Below, piece after piece: positions 33,750 through 48,220 of a DNA stretch of 64,000 nt. Within the stretch, counting starts at the first letter, position 1. Every line of letters begins with the position of its first letter. Source of the stretch: Haliotis rubra (Eukaryota). The DNA is taken from assembly GCF_003918875.1 (NCBI RefSeq), contig NW_025767132.1:496001-560000 (forward strand), in the 5' to 3' direction. The notes beneath the pieces are model-generated. The model worked only from the letters and a program-made list of their open reading frames with translations. It did no database searches and was not told the DNA's origin. The position numbers and the translations under genes are program-made.

Positions 33750-35560
33750 TTTAACAGTAAGTTAGAGTTTACAGTTCTCCTCGTTGTCTAAAACACATGG
33801 AAAATATATTTAGCTAAATTATTAATGGTTTCGGAGTTTCGAGAATTGAAGAGTGCATAAACAGATATGTAATGTCCATCCTTTTTTTAGGAATTGGTTC
33901 TTTTCTTATGTCCGTAAATATGGTGCATTCGTACAGTATATGACTCATCTTCGAGGGATAAACAGGTCGTACACAATATATCGATGACATTTAAGGTGCT
34001 CTGTCCTCTTCTTAGTTTCATCACTCCAATGTTCACATTGCCACTTCGAAATTTAGTTAAGATCCGTCTTTGAATAGGCGATGTTACAACAGATAAATAA
34101 TGTTCCCACTCTAATAGAGATTCAAAATGAGAATCGCTGTCAAGACGTTCATGCCACATTTGAGCTGAGGTATCTAATAAACGTTTGAAAATGTTCATAA
34201 ATAGTTCCTCATTGGTGGTGGTGGGTTGCACCCCAATCCTCGGAACCCTGGGCATAAAACATGTAGTACATTTGGATCACTCTTGGGGAGGGTGCGCACC
34301 CCCGCACCCCCCCTCTGGATCCGCGCATGCATCACGTTGATTGAAACCCCATATTGCCGCTCAATATGTAAGAATAGGCACAATATGTCAAATATATTGA
34401 TATACGGATATACTCAGGCGTTTGATGACAGCTTTAACTGGGAATAACGCTTTGCTGGCTTGGCTCGATAATGTTCTACATGCTTTTGTCCTGATAAGCT
34501 TTGGCGTATAAGTCCAAGGTACTTATACATATTTACAGCTTTTAAAGTTTTCCCTTCAACGTTTATTAGTGAAATTCCACGAATATTAGTTGGATCGTTG
34601 GTACTTCCTTTCTTATGGATTGGCATAATCATTCCTTTTGTCCATGAGTGCGGAAATTCTCCAGTTTGAAGAATTTGGTTGAATAAGGTCGTCATATATG
34701 GGGTTAACATATGTAAAGCTTTTTATAAAACTCAGAAGGTAATCCGTCACATCCAGAGGATTTTCATGATTTGAGAAATAATATTACATTCATAACATCT
34801 TGTTCTATTATATCACATGATAAAATATCCTCCATTTTACACTCATGATATGTTGCAGGATTGTGGTTACTGAGAAACTGTGACACCTCGGTCACGTGAC
34901 TGTTGGAGTTTGTATCTGTCTGGATTGGATCTGATACTGGATTAAGTAGCTCTTTGAAGTAATAGAACCAGCTGTCTGCTGATATGGCATTTTCTGTTGA
35001 TCTTGTTAATGTATGTTTCTTATTTAGTCTCCAAAATGTTTTGCAATTCTATTCCTTTGCTGCAGAGTTTATCACCATTGTTATCTTGTCATTGTGGTCT
35101 GATTGTTTTCTCTTGCATGAGAGTTTGAACCATTTCTTAGCCTCTTCATACAGTTGATAATGTTCGGCATTAGACGTACCCCTAAACTGATTAAGAAATT
35201 TATATTTCTGACGCTTTGCTGATTCACATTCATCGTCGAACCATCCTGGTAGCTTCTTCTTGTTTGCAGATAGAAGTGTAGGCAATTTCATATGATTATC
35301 ATATTTTTTAGAACAGTTTGCAGTATTTCTGTACCCCTTTGTATGTCGTCATATATACAGATTTTGAATTCGTCCAGGAGTTCCAGCACAGTATTTGATT
35401 TGAAGTTGTTAAGAAATTCTACACTTTTGTCTTCATTCCATTTGAATTGTGTTCGTATCGTACATTTTACATGTTGCATTGGCTTGTCACTAGATTGTAC
35501 GTTTGGAAATATATTGCTTATAACAGCCTATAATGGCATATGGTCAGTAGTATCTCGAGG
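33750..35560 (-). mobile_element. Decayed non-LTR retrotransposon (RTE-X/CR1-like ORF2 fragments)
   Basis: WFDDEC; FPHSWTKGMIMPIHKKGSTNDPTNIRGISL; YKYLG; LTKFRSGN...CTTC..EDE. The RT core is deleted. Confidence 0.85.
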
Positions 35561-37484
35561 AGGCTCATCTCCCATTTGAGAATCACACTGACCACGGTTT
35601 CGTAACACAGTTGAAACTGTCTCGTAGTTGTTGCCCTTGGTCAACCAACTCGACGCCTGTCGTCATCGTTATTCGTCTGTCGATATCGTGATTGTAATCT
35701 ACAAATTAATTAATGTGTAACGCCCTGTCTATTTCCAACCACCAACACACCAAACGCACGCATCCATTCCTCACGTTCCTAGCGTACAGCTAGATACTGG
35801 GGTGGATGTGATACTTCCTCAACCGTCTGCGTAAAGTCATTAACTGCACGGTCTCATCCCATGATGACTCCGAGCTGTTAACGTGGCAGTTTGAGATCGT
35901 GTCCGTAGATGCATAGCCCGAATACGGTTGTCCTGTTGATTTGACGTCACACGCCGAGGAGCTGTTCGTGATTAGGTTTGCCTTGCTGTAGTCTCCAGTT
36001 TCAATGTCTACAACTTCGTTTTTGCAAAATACCCACGGCGCATATATGTTGATTTTCAGGAAGTTGTGGCATTGCGGAAGCATTGTTTACGGTTAAAGAA
36101 AAGTGTTTTTACGAGCACCTGATAACTTGACTTTCATTATGTGATTTTCTCATTCACAAACACGTGTGCGAGTATCACGTTCCCAACAAACACGATGGTG
36201 TACATTTATTTTCAGTACAATATGAGATGTTGTATAATTTACACCACTTAGAGCTCTGTGTAATCAGGGACACCAACTGCTGAATTGAAATAACCCCATG
36301 CAAATTGTAGATTTTAGATTTGTGTTCCTTGTCATGTTCAATATAGGAGGTTGTATAATTCAGACCTTAGCTCTCTGAATGACACCAACCGCTAAACTGA
36401 ACTACACCATGACATTTGAATACACAATGTTATTGGACATATGATGTTCCATATGATGTGTAATGAGTTACATGCATCACACAGAGACCGGTAGATGGAC
36501 GGAGCTAACAGTATACCTGACAGACATGATTGCATGTAACAAATCAATATATTACGTCTTTAATATATGTGAGCTGGGCTGACCAGTATTTCAATGGAGT
36601 CACGGCAGGTCAGATGAATTAGAAACATCAGACACCTGCGCAAAGAATATATGTGAATGGAACGTTTTAGTTGTATCACGGCAGACAACCCTATGTTGTG
36701 CAGATCCTGGATGTGAAGTGATGATAACCAAGAACCATAACTGGATCGGGATTTGCAATTTGAACGCACGGTCATCATATCCTGACATGATTAAATGGTG
36801 AAACTCCTTATCAAACTGAGGCGCCTGAGATCAGTGCACCGTCCATACTTTGTAAATAAAAATGGTATTTAACCATTGCCTAGATACGTGTATGCATACA
36901 TTACAACAGAAACTACAAGACCAAGACCATAATAATGTACATGTAGCGATATGGATGCAAGAAATCTGGGGCGAGGCACCAATCCTTATTGTGGCGCGAT
37001 TGTCCCACAGAATCTGGTGTGGTCTGAAAAATTAGAATCCACAGAAACCTAAGACTGCTTACACTAGCTTCACGTATCGTTGATGAGGATCGGTTGCTTC
37101 TGTTTGTGATACATTCACAATACCAGATTAAAGAATAAAGTGTGAGAACAATGACAAACAGCGGCATTATTTATAACCAATGTATATTCGGTAACATTGC
37201 GTATTTGGTAACATTAAATTTAAACAATTACACTACTACAGTCAAATCCTATTTGAAATAAGTTTACAATACTTCATATAACATGATAAAGATCTACTGT
37301 TTTCAATAGCACCACCCATTATTATTCAAATACAAGTTCATCTGACATTCATAAAAATAATGCAGCAAAGATAATTAAGGTACAGCAGATACCTTTTATG
37401 CTGACAAACTATAGACATTACAAATAAAACTATGTAGAGTTAAGAACACGTTTGATACAACCTTGTTTTGTGCAAATATAAAAA

Positions 37485-40400
37485 TTATTTCCAAGAACTT
37501 CGATGCCGAACACGGCCACGAGGAACACTTTCAGAAGACATTGCTGATGATAAAGGGACACCGCTCTGTGGCTGTCGTCGGCTTGACGTGTCCCTGCGAA
37601 TGGTACGGGGGCAGATGTTCCCCATTGACGCCCGACGAGCCAAAGACGGTGTCGTCTGCTGTGGCGAGCCTACAATCTTGTTGTTCTCACTGACGGGGGG
37701 TAGCACTGTGGTAAGGACACCACGAAGCTTCCTTGTGTGTTGACGTCGTCTCCCAGCCCCTCTGCGGCCCCCAACACAACAAGACGGCAATCTAGGGACA
37801 AATGTCCCTCCCATTTCCTCATCCACTCGAGGTTTCTCCATATGGATTTGCATGTCCGTCATATTCATGAGTTTCCTCAAAGCTTTGTTATCGCAATGAA
37901 CTTGCGAGAGAGATTTCCTAAGTTTCTTGTTTTCGTCTTCAATGCCCTTCATTTGAGCCTCGGTGTTTTTAATCTCGTCTGGGTAGTTATCCATCCCATG
38001 CAGCTTGGCCTGGAGGTCCTCCAACTCCGCCTGGTCCATCATCCAACTCACTTTATAGTTATTGCATTCAAGTCGGTAGTGATTCAGCTCCTTCCGGAGC
38101 TTTGCGTTCCTCTTCTGCTCTAGGCGGAGTTGTCTCCCCATTTCCTGAATCTCCTTTCTGTGCTCCTTGCTGAGGTTGAAGATATGGTCAATGACGCTGA
38201 AATATTGAACAAGAGGCCAAGAGATTAAGTAGCATATCATGGAAGCGCTGAAAGGACCTGATGAAAGAAAATTTATCTTTAGCGCACGAGTTAGTATGTT
38301 GAGTCAGGGATAATCTACAACGTTATATAGTCTCCCTGGTTGAGTGCACAAGTAAATATACTGAGCGCACAAGTTAGTTTTCTTGAGCGCACAAGTTAGT
38401 ATGTTGAGCACACAAGTTAACATCTTGAGCGCACAAGTTAATATCTTGAGCGCACAAGTTAGTATGTTGAGCACACAAGTTAACATCTTGAGCACACAAG
38501 TTAACATCTTGAGCGCACAAGTTAATATCTTGAGCGCACAAGTTAGTATCTTGAGAGCTCAACTTCGTGTTAGCATCTAATGGCATTAATGGAACGCACG
38601 TTTGCTTGACTGTTGTAATGTACAAACTTATATCCTTTTGGAAAGATTTCAAAAGATGCAAAGGGTTAACTATAGGTGTTTATGATGAGACTATGTAAAA
38701 GTATCCAAATGTATCATGAACATTGATAATGTTTATGTAAACGTTCATCGTCTTTATGCTTGACAATACTATTCTTGCTAACTGATTTTACTACTTTTTG
38801 CTTTATTACATAAATCAGGCCCAGGTATGTGTAATGTCATAATAAAAATTAAAACATAAACATGAGTAGGAGTTTATTGCAAGAATGAATAGTGGTTTTA
38901 CTGGCTTTTAATATTGGTACAAAGTATTATAAACACTAGCGTAAAGCTTGGATATCTTGTTTTGTGCTACGGCTTTATTATGTATATATAGTATTACATT
39001 ACCATGAAAAATGTAAACATTGAGTGTTATACTTAATTATAAAACTCATGTCTGATGTATTGAGTTTAACTCTGTACAATATCATTTAAAATCCACCGTA
39101 TTTATTTGATCCTTTAGTATGTGCACGTATAGCACATATACCGACTTTATTTCTTACTAAAATACCATGTTCCCCGTTTTACTTTCTCCGTTTCAATCCC
39201 TTATGTATACGTACAAGTGTATGTGTGTTGTAGTTTATTTAACATGTTTTAACAACACATGAAGTTGACGAATAAACACGTCGATAAAGACAGTGTCTTG
39301 AGCGAAATTCAACGCCATCGGGGTCGAACACTATTAGCAACGAACGTACACTATCCTGTTTCACGATTAAACCGCATTGGATACATTTTTATGCATCCAA
39401 CGATAACCATGTCTTTGTCCAGATCGTCGAAGTTGTCCGCAATAAAATCTTTAACATCAGCGGGGCGGTGGGGTAGCCTAGTGGTTAAAGCGTCCGCTCG
39501 TCACGCCGAAGACCTGGGTTCGATTCCCCACATGGGTACAATGCGTGAAGCCCATTTCTGGTGTCCCCCGCTGTGATATTGCTGGAATATTGCTAAAAGC
39601 GGCGTAAACCGTACTCACGCACTAACTCACTGTAGCATCAGCAAATCTGGTATCTGGTGCGAAAGAGAGACATACACCTCAGAATACGCTTCAAGTGGCG
39701 TACTATACTATGCCATGATGTTTGACAAGAAGATGTATTATATCTTTGTTTTGGAATCAAAGACTGAAATAAGCATGAATCAGATCGCGTTTCCGCTCCT
39801 CCGTTGCTTCCACATGAACTGCTAATGGAGTAGTGTATCTCAAGATGCTAAGTTGAGCGCTCAACATACTAAAGTGTGCGCTCAATATATTAACTTGTGC
39901 ACTTACGATAACTAACTTGTGGGCTCAAGATACTAACTTATGCGCTCAAGATACTAACTTGTGCGCTCAATATATTAACTTGTGCACTCAACATACTAAC
40001 TTGTGCGCTCAAGATGAATTTTATTTCATCAGGTCCCTTCAGCGTTTCCGTAGCATATACTTGGTTTAATTAAAATATTTTAAGTACACTAAAGAGAGTA
40101 ATTTCTTTAATAACAAATGATCTGATTACATACAATGTCATAACTGGTGGTATGACCAAAGGGGAAAGAAAGGCACAGGTCTAGCATCTCTCACCGAATA
40201 TATCCTAAAGTTGACTTGTTTACTGACGTTCCTCAATTCTCTTCATATCAGTAGATATGCATGGAGGACAGAAAAATTGTATGTGAAAGCTCGAGTTCTG
40301 CTCGAAATGAACATTTTGGCTTAATTTACAAGTTAATTCATATTAAGGTTACAGACTTCTGCACTCACCTTTCTTCTTCTTTATCCATTTGACATGTTGG

Positions 40401-41150
40401 ACCTTCCCGACACTCTTGAAAACAAATAACAATGTCCTGGTTTTGTTATCACTTTCATTACCAATTAGATAGTAAATGTCAAAACATCACGTGTGTCCAA
40501 AACAAATCCGAAGCTATAATTGGTATGCAGTGTAATTTTCCATTTTGATTCGAGTGAATTTATCGAAACTCGGAATATTGTGTAGACCATGTCTTACCAC
40601 TCGGAAAACTGATGTGGCGTTGGGTGATTGAGTCAGCTGTAACATCAGTAACTGCATAACTGCTGGCATCAGCTGTGCCTTTGTTAGGATCTGAAGAATA
40701 TTATAATTTCAAAACTGCAAATTACTAAAAACGAAAGTTACATAAACATTAAGACCATACCTTTCAAAGAGGGCAAAACATGACTAAAGTCGGAATTCAA
40801 TGCGCTGCCACTAACGAAATATGCCGATGCAGTTTTAACAAGCTCATTTTACAGTCATAAAGGAAGATCGTTTTGGTTTGTATGAAACTGGGCTAGGGCC
40901 GTGAGTATGTGTTGGAGGTAATATTACAATGTTTGACTAATGCGATATAGATGTAGTGAAGCATAATACCAAACGTGTTACTGTCTAGTGCAACTACATA
41001 AACAATAGTTTTGATATCCGTATAGAAAGAACTCAATGTGTCTGCCCTAAGGATTACGTCAGCTTACCTCTGCCTGGAGTATAAGACATTGATCTCTCTA
41101 TGATCTCCGGGATTGCGGACAGAACCCGTGTATCAGCTTCCGAGCCCTCC
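37485..41150 (-). CDS. Uncharacterised multi-exon coiled-coil protein, possibly disrupted
   Basis: Long terminal exon 37485-38196 after a tttcag acceptor encodes an E/K/L/Q coiled coil and then an R/S/P-rich tail. Upstream GT-AG exons ~41068-41150, ~40598-40690 and ~40369-40414 are mutually in phase. The candidate exon ~40195-40297 carries a stop and a phase mismatch. Confidence 0.45.
38238..40052. mobile_element. Complete non-autonomous DNA transposon, IS3EU-like, with subterminal 21-bp arrays
   Basis: TIRs catggaagcgctgaaaggacctgatgaaa / tttcatcaggtcccttcagcgtttccgta; 6-bp TSD gcatat (38232-38237, 40053-40058). TAYGG..CCRTA termini with a 6-bp TSD fit IS3EU. Confidence 0.8.
39461..39631 (+). 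mobile_element. tRNA-derived SINE (family 1) nested in the IS3EU-like element
   Basis: Same head, body and ACTC-type tail as the copies at 4211 and 6097. Confidence 0.88.
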
Positions 41151-42144
41151 CTGTAAAGGTATATATGTTTAGCCGTCATTATAATGAAGCTCGATAATTT
41201 AATACACGCATCAGACAGTTGTGCGCTCCCCATATTCCTTTAAATTCTACTTCATTGAAAATAATGATGATAACAGCAAAATGATAACTCAGAGGTCCAG
41301 CCTTGGCATGACCCAGACCCATTCGCAGTCTACGTGTAAATGGGGTAAGGGCCCTGAGCTGATGATCATTCTTGCCAGCCGGACTCTGCTAATATCAACC
41401 GAATCCTCTTGCTGCATTCACTTAATTATTATCTGTAAATAGTAATGAGTATGACACATACCGCTCTATAGCGACGAGCTTCATCTGTGCAGACCCAATG
41501 CGTACGCCTGCAAGATCCCTTCAGGGATGTGATTGTTTTGACGTCACATCCACGTGACCAATTGTGTCAAGGTAACAGTGGCTAGTTGAACTTCCCGGGC
41601 GTAAAACTTGCTTTCCTGATAAACGCTTGCGCAACCGCCGAATTGAAAGAATAAAGTGCATGACTTGAATAATAGATTGTTCAACTTCACATGAACATTA
41701 ATGTAATGTTTTCGGACGCTTAGGGCATCCGTTGTTTTCTCGATTCAAGTATGGACAGTCACTCATAAAAGACCACTTTATCTTAAATACAGGCCTTCAT
41801 TGGAGTATTTACAATCCATATGTGAAGCAAACCGCTTCGTTATAGCGGTTTTAGCTCAAGCACATGCAAACGTTCGGCATACACAGCTCGCATGCGGCAT
41901 TTCAAGCAATTCCCGTATTACTGGAACCTTGCACTACAATCATGATAATCGTATTTTGTGTGGATACTTGCCAGCTAGAAGGATGGTTGGTTGGTTGGTT
42001 GGTGGGATGATACTAACAACGTACCGCTTTTATTTCAAAGCAATATACTTCTTTAAACTTAATTGTACAGCTTATATCACGTTCACATTAAAGATTTGAA
42101 GCCCAGATTCATGGTTGTGATTCGTTCAATTTGTAGGACATTTA

Positions 42145-43097
42145 GGGGAGACCGGGGTCAATTGTAACACTTTTTACTTAACTTGTTGTAATTCGATACT
42201 AGTCGACCCCTGACAAAGTCAATCGGTACTAACTAGTACATTAGCATCTTGGCTTTAAACCTCAGTGTCATTTAAAGTTCACTTTCATGTCGTTACAAAG
42301 TTATTACGTATCAAATTACTGCAAGTGTTACAATTGACCCCTAGCACGGGGCAATTGTAACAGGTGCATGGGGCAATTGTAACAAAGAAGGTTCAAGTGT
42401 AACAGTCTGTTTATTTTCGAAATAAAATCAAAATAAAATGTGGAAAGCTGTTATCTTGATCAATTGAGGTGGAAATGGATTAATATTAAACATTTGTCAC
42501 CATGGACATTTAAATTGTTTTTGGTTTAAAATTCTTGTTTTCGTATGCCCAAAATATAACACAAAGACGAACACCAAAAACTTTCACCCGAGGGCTAATA
42601 TTATCAACATAACACCGAAAATGTACTACTACGATAAAACTAGTAAAGAACTAACATAAAACCTTCATCATCATTTGCTTCATCATCATGACACGAGGGG
42701 AAATTACATGGGGGCAATTGTAACACAGTGTTACAATTTCCCCCGATGGCAGTAGCCATGTTTCATGCAACGTCACATGTTAAAACCACTTTGGGCTTCT
42801 CAAATATTTCTACTTCAAATATGTCGTAAGATACCTCAATTTTACTCTTGAAAAGTTAATTTTTATACCAAGAAAAATTTACTGCATTAAGAACGTTTTA
42901 TTACGTTTTGTGAAAAATTCACTTACCTATGTGAAAAACGATTTTTCGTCAACTGTATCTCGCCATGAGCGAGCAGCTGAAAACGCCTGGATGTGTACGG
43001 AAGGAAAGGGAAAGGGAAATAACACTACTAACCTTACTATGCTTGAGCGAAAACTTTTAGAGTAATCGCCCTTGTTACAATTGCCCCCGGTCTTCCC
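42145..43097. mobile_element. MITE with TA TSD (Tc1/pogo-type)
   Basis: TIRs ggggagaccggggtcaattgtaaca / tgttacaattgcccccggtcttccc flanked by TA; internal copies of caattgtaaca in both orientations. Confidence 0.85.
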
Positions 43098-43740
43098 TAC
43101 CATTCCACGTTCACGTGGTTCTTAAGAATGTCTTGTCTTTTCTCATGCAATACGAGTGAAAAGAAACTTTCGAAGCAATACTGTTGCTGAAAAAAAGATA
43201 ACGCATGCCTCTAAGAAAAGGTCGGATATGAGGTCCCTTTATGTTTATAAGGACATTAAATTAGATCTACATTATGTCCAAGGGTAGGTTGTAACATTCG
43301 CTATGACCCGACTTTTCTGCTGCCGAAGGTATTAATAATTAATAAATTGGATGAATAATGATAATAATAATAATGAATGAATAATTCATTCATTCGTTCA
43401 TTCAAAAAACTAACAAAATGATACTCATGATCGCGTTTGTTCTTTTTGGAAAATGTCTCTCAGACATCTCCATGTGACTCAAACATCCCCATGTCACTCA
43501 AAGATCTCCGTGTCCTCGAGCACTGTTTCACAAAACTTCGCCTTTATCATTCATGAGATGGATGGTCAAAGTGCGATAACATAAATTGATAGAGGCAGGC
43601 AATGCATTATCGACAGATTATCTCCCTTGACGTCGTCTCAGTCTTTCCGGTGGAAGTCATGCTGTTGCAAATATAGTCTAATTTCGTTTCATCAGATCTA
43701 GTCTTTCTAATAATCGGTGACCCTTTATAAAGAACCAAAG

Positions 43741-46700
43741 ATGTCATTAGATTTGCCAGTCACTGACATTATTTTACTGCGTGGTGATACAGGTAATGAA
43801 CAGTTCTGCCCTTGAAACGGAGTGTCCTTTTCTGAGTTTCAGACTAAATTACAGATTAAAACTTTACCTGATTACGATTTCCTGTGGCGTACTTTTGGTT
43901 CAGTTTCGTCACCATCACGTTTCTGAGTCCGATTTAGGTCAGTTTGATGAACATTCAAATCCCAAAATGCTTATTAGAAATACGGAGACGGGGAAAGTCT
44001 CTGAGATATACAGTTAAACCCAATGTATATTATTTCCACACACTGAAAACCAATATTTTCTGTTGAACATAAAGAATTTTCAGGATTTGATCTTTTATTC
44101 TTATTTTATTCTAAAGTGCCGATCAAGCATCCAATATTTTCTGTGTTATTTAATTTTAGCCACATTTTAGCCATCATCAGCATAGAATAAAATATTGCAC
44201 CAGCTACCTGTGCATCATTTGATACATAATAGTGTGGTATTTAATGTGATGAATGGAGAAACCGTGAAATAATAACACAGATCATGAAGAATTATGCTAC
44301 CATTATCAGGTGCTGAGTGTGGTAATTATATATGTTCCTTTCAGAAGATAGTTTGCATGCCAGTTTTAATAACTCATGATATGAAACAAAGCCGAAATAT
44401 GATTTTAAATATGGCCTCATACTTTGTGTATGTTGTTCAGTGGCAAAACACTAATTTCATCACACTGTTAGCATGGTAAGTCTATCGTGTATTAGAAGTG
44501 AACCACTTATCATATTGAATCTGTCAGATGGTGCGTAAGAAATAATACCATGGGTTCCTCGAGAATTTGTTAGAAAAGTAGAAATGAAACAGTTGTGTTA
44601 AAATATTAACTTTGTGCTATATTACATTGTTGCAGTTTTTTCTTTTTGCATTCTTTGTTTAACTGCTAAATTGCTAACTTGGTATATGTGTTTGTTGGGA
44701 CATGCTCAACGTTACATATACATCAATATACTGGCTAGAATGCAGTTTACTGGGTGCAGCACTTTTCAGTACAGTCCCAGAAACAATGGCATGAAAAAAG
44801 AAATAGGAAAAGTGTGGCATAGTAAGGTGCATGCGTGAGAAATGAAAACAAACCATTGCTGTGTTGATGACCCGCTAAATGAGCACTCATTAACTGAGAT
44901 GGTGAGGTAGAGTGTCCGCTAATTATGTCACTAAATAATGAAGTCAGTAATCCGATGAAGCACGTTTGAGCCCCAGCATCGCTAATTAATCTGAAGAAGT
45001 GTGCCCTGTAAAGTGCAGTACTCCCAATATATTGAAGTGACTAGCATGGAAATCATTACCTCTTCAGATTTTACATCTACTCTTCAGATGGTACCCAAAG
45101 ACAACTTCAATTTTAGTGATCAGTTTACAAGTAAATTCATCTGTATACCAGTTATATGATTATTTGTTCAAAGTTTTATAATTGTTTTGAAGTCAGTCAG
45201 CTTACAAGCTTTGTGCAGAGAGTGGTTCCTTGAAATTCACCACACCACATCATGTGACCTTGAGCATGGTTAGTAATTTGAAAAGTTGAAAGTTGAAATA
45301 TCTGCTGTTTACATATGTATACCCAGGGTTTGATTTAAGAGATGTTAACCTACTTGCATGAGGTGCAACCTAAGATAAAGACCTAGTTGCACCAGCCAAA
45401 TTCCAGTTGCAATGTTGTGTGTTAAAATGTCAGAGGTTACGGTGCACATAAACATATTTCCGTGATGTAGTACCCATGAAACCATAGCAACACAGAGTCA
45501 CAGCTGATCCCTGTTTACAAGAGCTGTCATAGCCGAGACGTGTCTATGAATAGCAATGTTTTGGTGCCATAGCTATTCCAAGTTGAGAACAAAAATGAGC
45601 TGACATATTCATGCTTATTATGTTAGATTTATTGTTGATTTATTTCTAAAAAATTGACTCCCACCTTGTGCAAGTTAGACTCATAACTAGGTTGCACTTT
45701 GTAATATTGGGTTGCACCAGTGCAAGTAACAAAGCACTAAATCGAGCCTTGATATTTTAGAGTTGCATTTGGATGTATTTGTGTTAAAATTGCTATATCT
45801 TCAGGTCTGGGTTTCAACATTCGTGGTGGAGTAGACATCCCCCATCTACCTGGGGATCCTGGAATCTTTGTCACCAAACTCAAGGAAAATGGAGCAGCTT
45901 ATCAAGATGGAAGGTTGAAGGAGGGTGATAAAATATTAGAGGTAATGTTTTCCAAAGTCTGCTGTTTTCAGTATTTACAACAACTTTGTATACACTAACC
46001 AGCCAGAAAATTAAGGGAAAATATTTTCAAAAGAAAGAAGGTTTCTTTGAATATAGATGTTTTGTTCAATCAAGAGCTTTGTTTGATTAAATGTTTTGAT
46101 CACAATTATCAGTGTCAGGAAGTGGGAATATAAATATGTTGATTTATGCTGTTGCTTCATAATAAACAGCTTTTGCCTCAGTCTTATGAGATTTATTACA
46201 TGTATTCTATGACTTTCATTCTTACTTTTGAGCATGAACTATAAGACACTGCAGTGGAGGAGTTCAGACTTTCAAGAGATTAGGCCCCTGAAATATGCAT
46301 GTTTCGTCTTTGAGCCCCTCCTAGTATCGTGCATGTAGAATTGTTGTTGTCAACATTTTAACTTTCCTAAAGTAGTTATTATCAGTATGTTAGTAAAAGT
46401 TTGCTTTATGATGAATATAGTAAGTGGTTTATGTAATGCAAGTAACAACTTGTAACAAGTTTGACCTTGATATTGTTCTTGATGGTGTGTTCATCTGGAC
46501 CATATCTCTAAAGCTGATAGGTATTCTTTGGCAATTTCATGGATGTTGCCATGTCCATATCAAATCAAGAATACGTATACAATGACAAACTTATAAAATG
46601 TAAATACCCTTAAATCTGTTGCAATATTCCTGAAACTTGAAACTTGTTTTTCGTTTAAGGGTTAGGGTTAGATCTATATATATATATACTCTCAAAATAA

Positions 46701-48220
46701 TTGTACTCTAGGCCATGTGACCATACTACTGAATAAACGATTGACTTATTGATAGGTATTCTTTCCTGAAACTATGAACTTTTACACTATTCATTGTGGT
46801 GTGAACAAGCACACCACAATGAATAGTGTAAAAGTTCAAAAATCTCCTAAACTATTCATTCGTGAAACTTAAAAACACAGAGGTGATGTTGTCAAGTGGT
46901 TTCTTTTGCTATTTGGAGATTTAAACAATTTTTGTTTTGTTTTTATTGTAACAAGATGGATGTGATGTGTTTCAAGAGAATGTATCCCAGCACGCGCACA
47001 ATGACTAAATTGTAAACTGGAGCTTATTAGTCTTGACAGTTTCACTTATTGAGTGACATTTATTTACTTAGCCTTTGCAAAAATGGACCTGACGTACAGA
47101 TGCCAAGTTAAGAATCCCCTTTCCATGATGTTGTTGTGATAGGTCACTAATTACTCTTGTATGTGACTAGACTACATATGAATACTCTCATCCGGTTGGA
47201 CAGATCACTCTTTTAGGATTTGCTAACAATCAGATTTGTTCTTTTTAATTTATGGATGCTGGATGAAAGGGTGATTTGACTTCTTCAGATGACTACTTGT
47301 GCTCAGTTCCATTTGGTGGTGTGTTCTCACCTGGTTAATGTTATCACATTGACTTGTCTAAACATTTTATTGACTTGAATTCAGATTGATTTTGTGAGCA
47401 AAGTTCTCTTCATGTTTTGCATGAAATGAAACATTTTCAATTCACTGATGGCATTGAAGTAACTATATTAAGAGAAGAGGCTATATACATATATCAAATC
47501 ATAAGTACATATTTTCTGTTCTTACAGATCAATGGAAATCGAGTTGAGCGAGTTAGTCATCAAGAAGCTGTTCAGACATTTCTTAATGCAGGCAATGAGG
47601 TTCGACTGAAGGTGCAGTGTGGAGCAGAGAAGCACATTCTGGTGAGTAGAGAGAGTATTGCAACATACAATGTAGACTGATCAGGGTCCCCTAATACCTG
47701 ACATTCCACCTCGCCTTTACTATCTCTCATACATCAGCTGTTTGGAATGAATCAAGGGGTAGTTGGATGGTCTACTGCTTAAAACATGTGCTCATCAAAC
47801 ATAGTCTTGGTTTGATTCCAGTCAAGAGCCCTATGTGCACAGCCCATTCTTGATGTTCCCTGATGTTTTGTTCCTGTAATAATGCTTAACAAATGGTAAA
47901 GAAACCAACTTATCAGCTGAATATATATGCAGCATTGATTGTCTTTGGTTAACAAATTTATCTGAAATTAGTTGTCTTTGTAATCATGTTTTTCATATTT
48001 TAATATGGTTGTTAGCATGGTTACTAATAACCTTACTTTTTTCTATTTTCAGCAAAAGATAGAGGAAAGGAAAAAGCAACAAGCAAATTCAAGTTCTATT
48101 TCACCTTCAAGTAGAAAATCTAAGTTTAGTGTTTTTTATTTTCTACTTGGGGTTGGTTCAGCCATTGGAATAGCATATTTTGCTTATAGAAAACTGAAGG
48201 GCATAAGAGGCACATCGTGA
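43741..48220 (+). CDS. SYNJ2BP: Synaptojanin-2-binding protein / OMP25 (single PDZ + C-terminal tail anchor), 156 aa
   Basis: Exons 43741-43792, 45805-45941, 47528-47641, 48053-48220, all GT-AG and in phase. PDZ: [17 protein letters not shown]...[30 protein letters not shown]...HQEAV. Hydrophobic [21 protein letters not shown] followed by basic RKLK. Confidence 0.92.

Noticed and set aside
35790-36083. 97-aa ORF next to the LINE relic
   Set aside because: No recognisable motif or convincing splice context.
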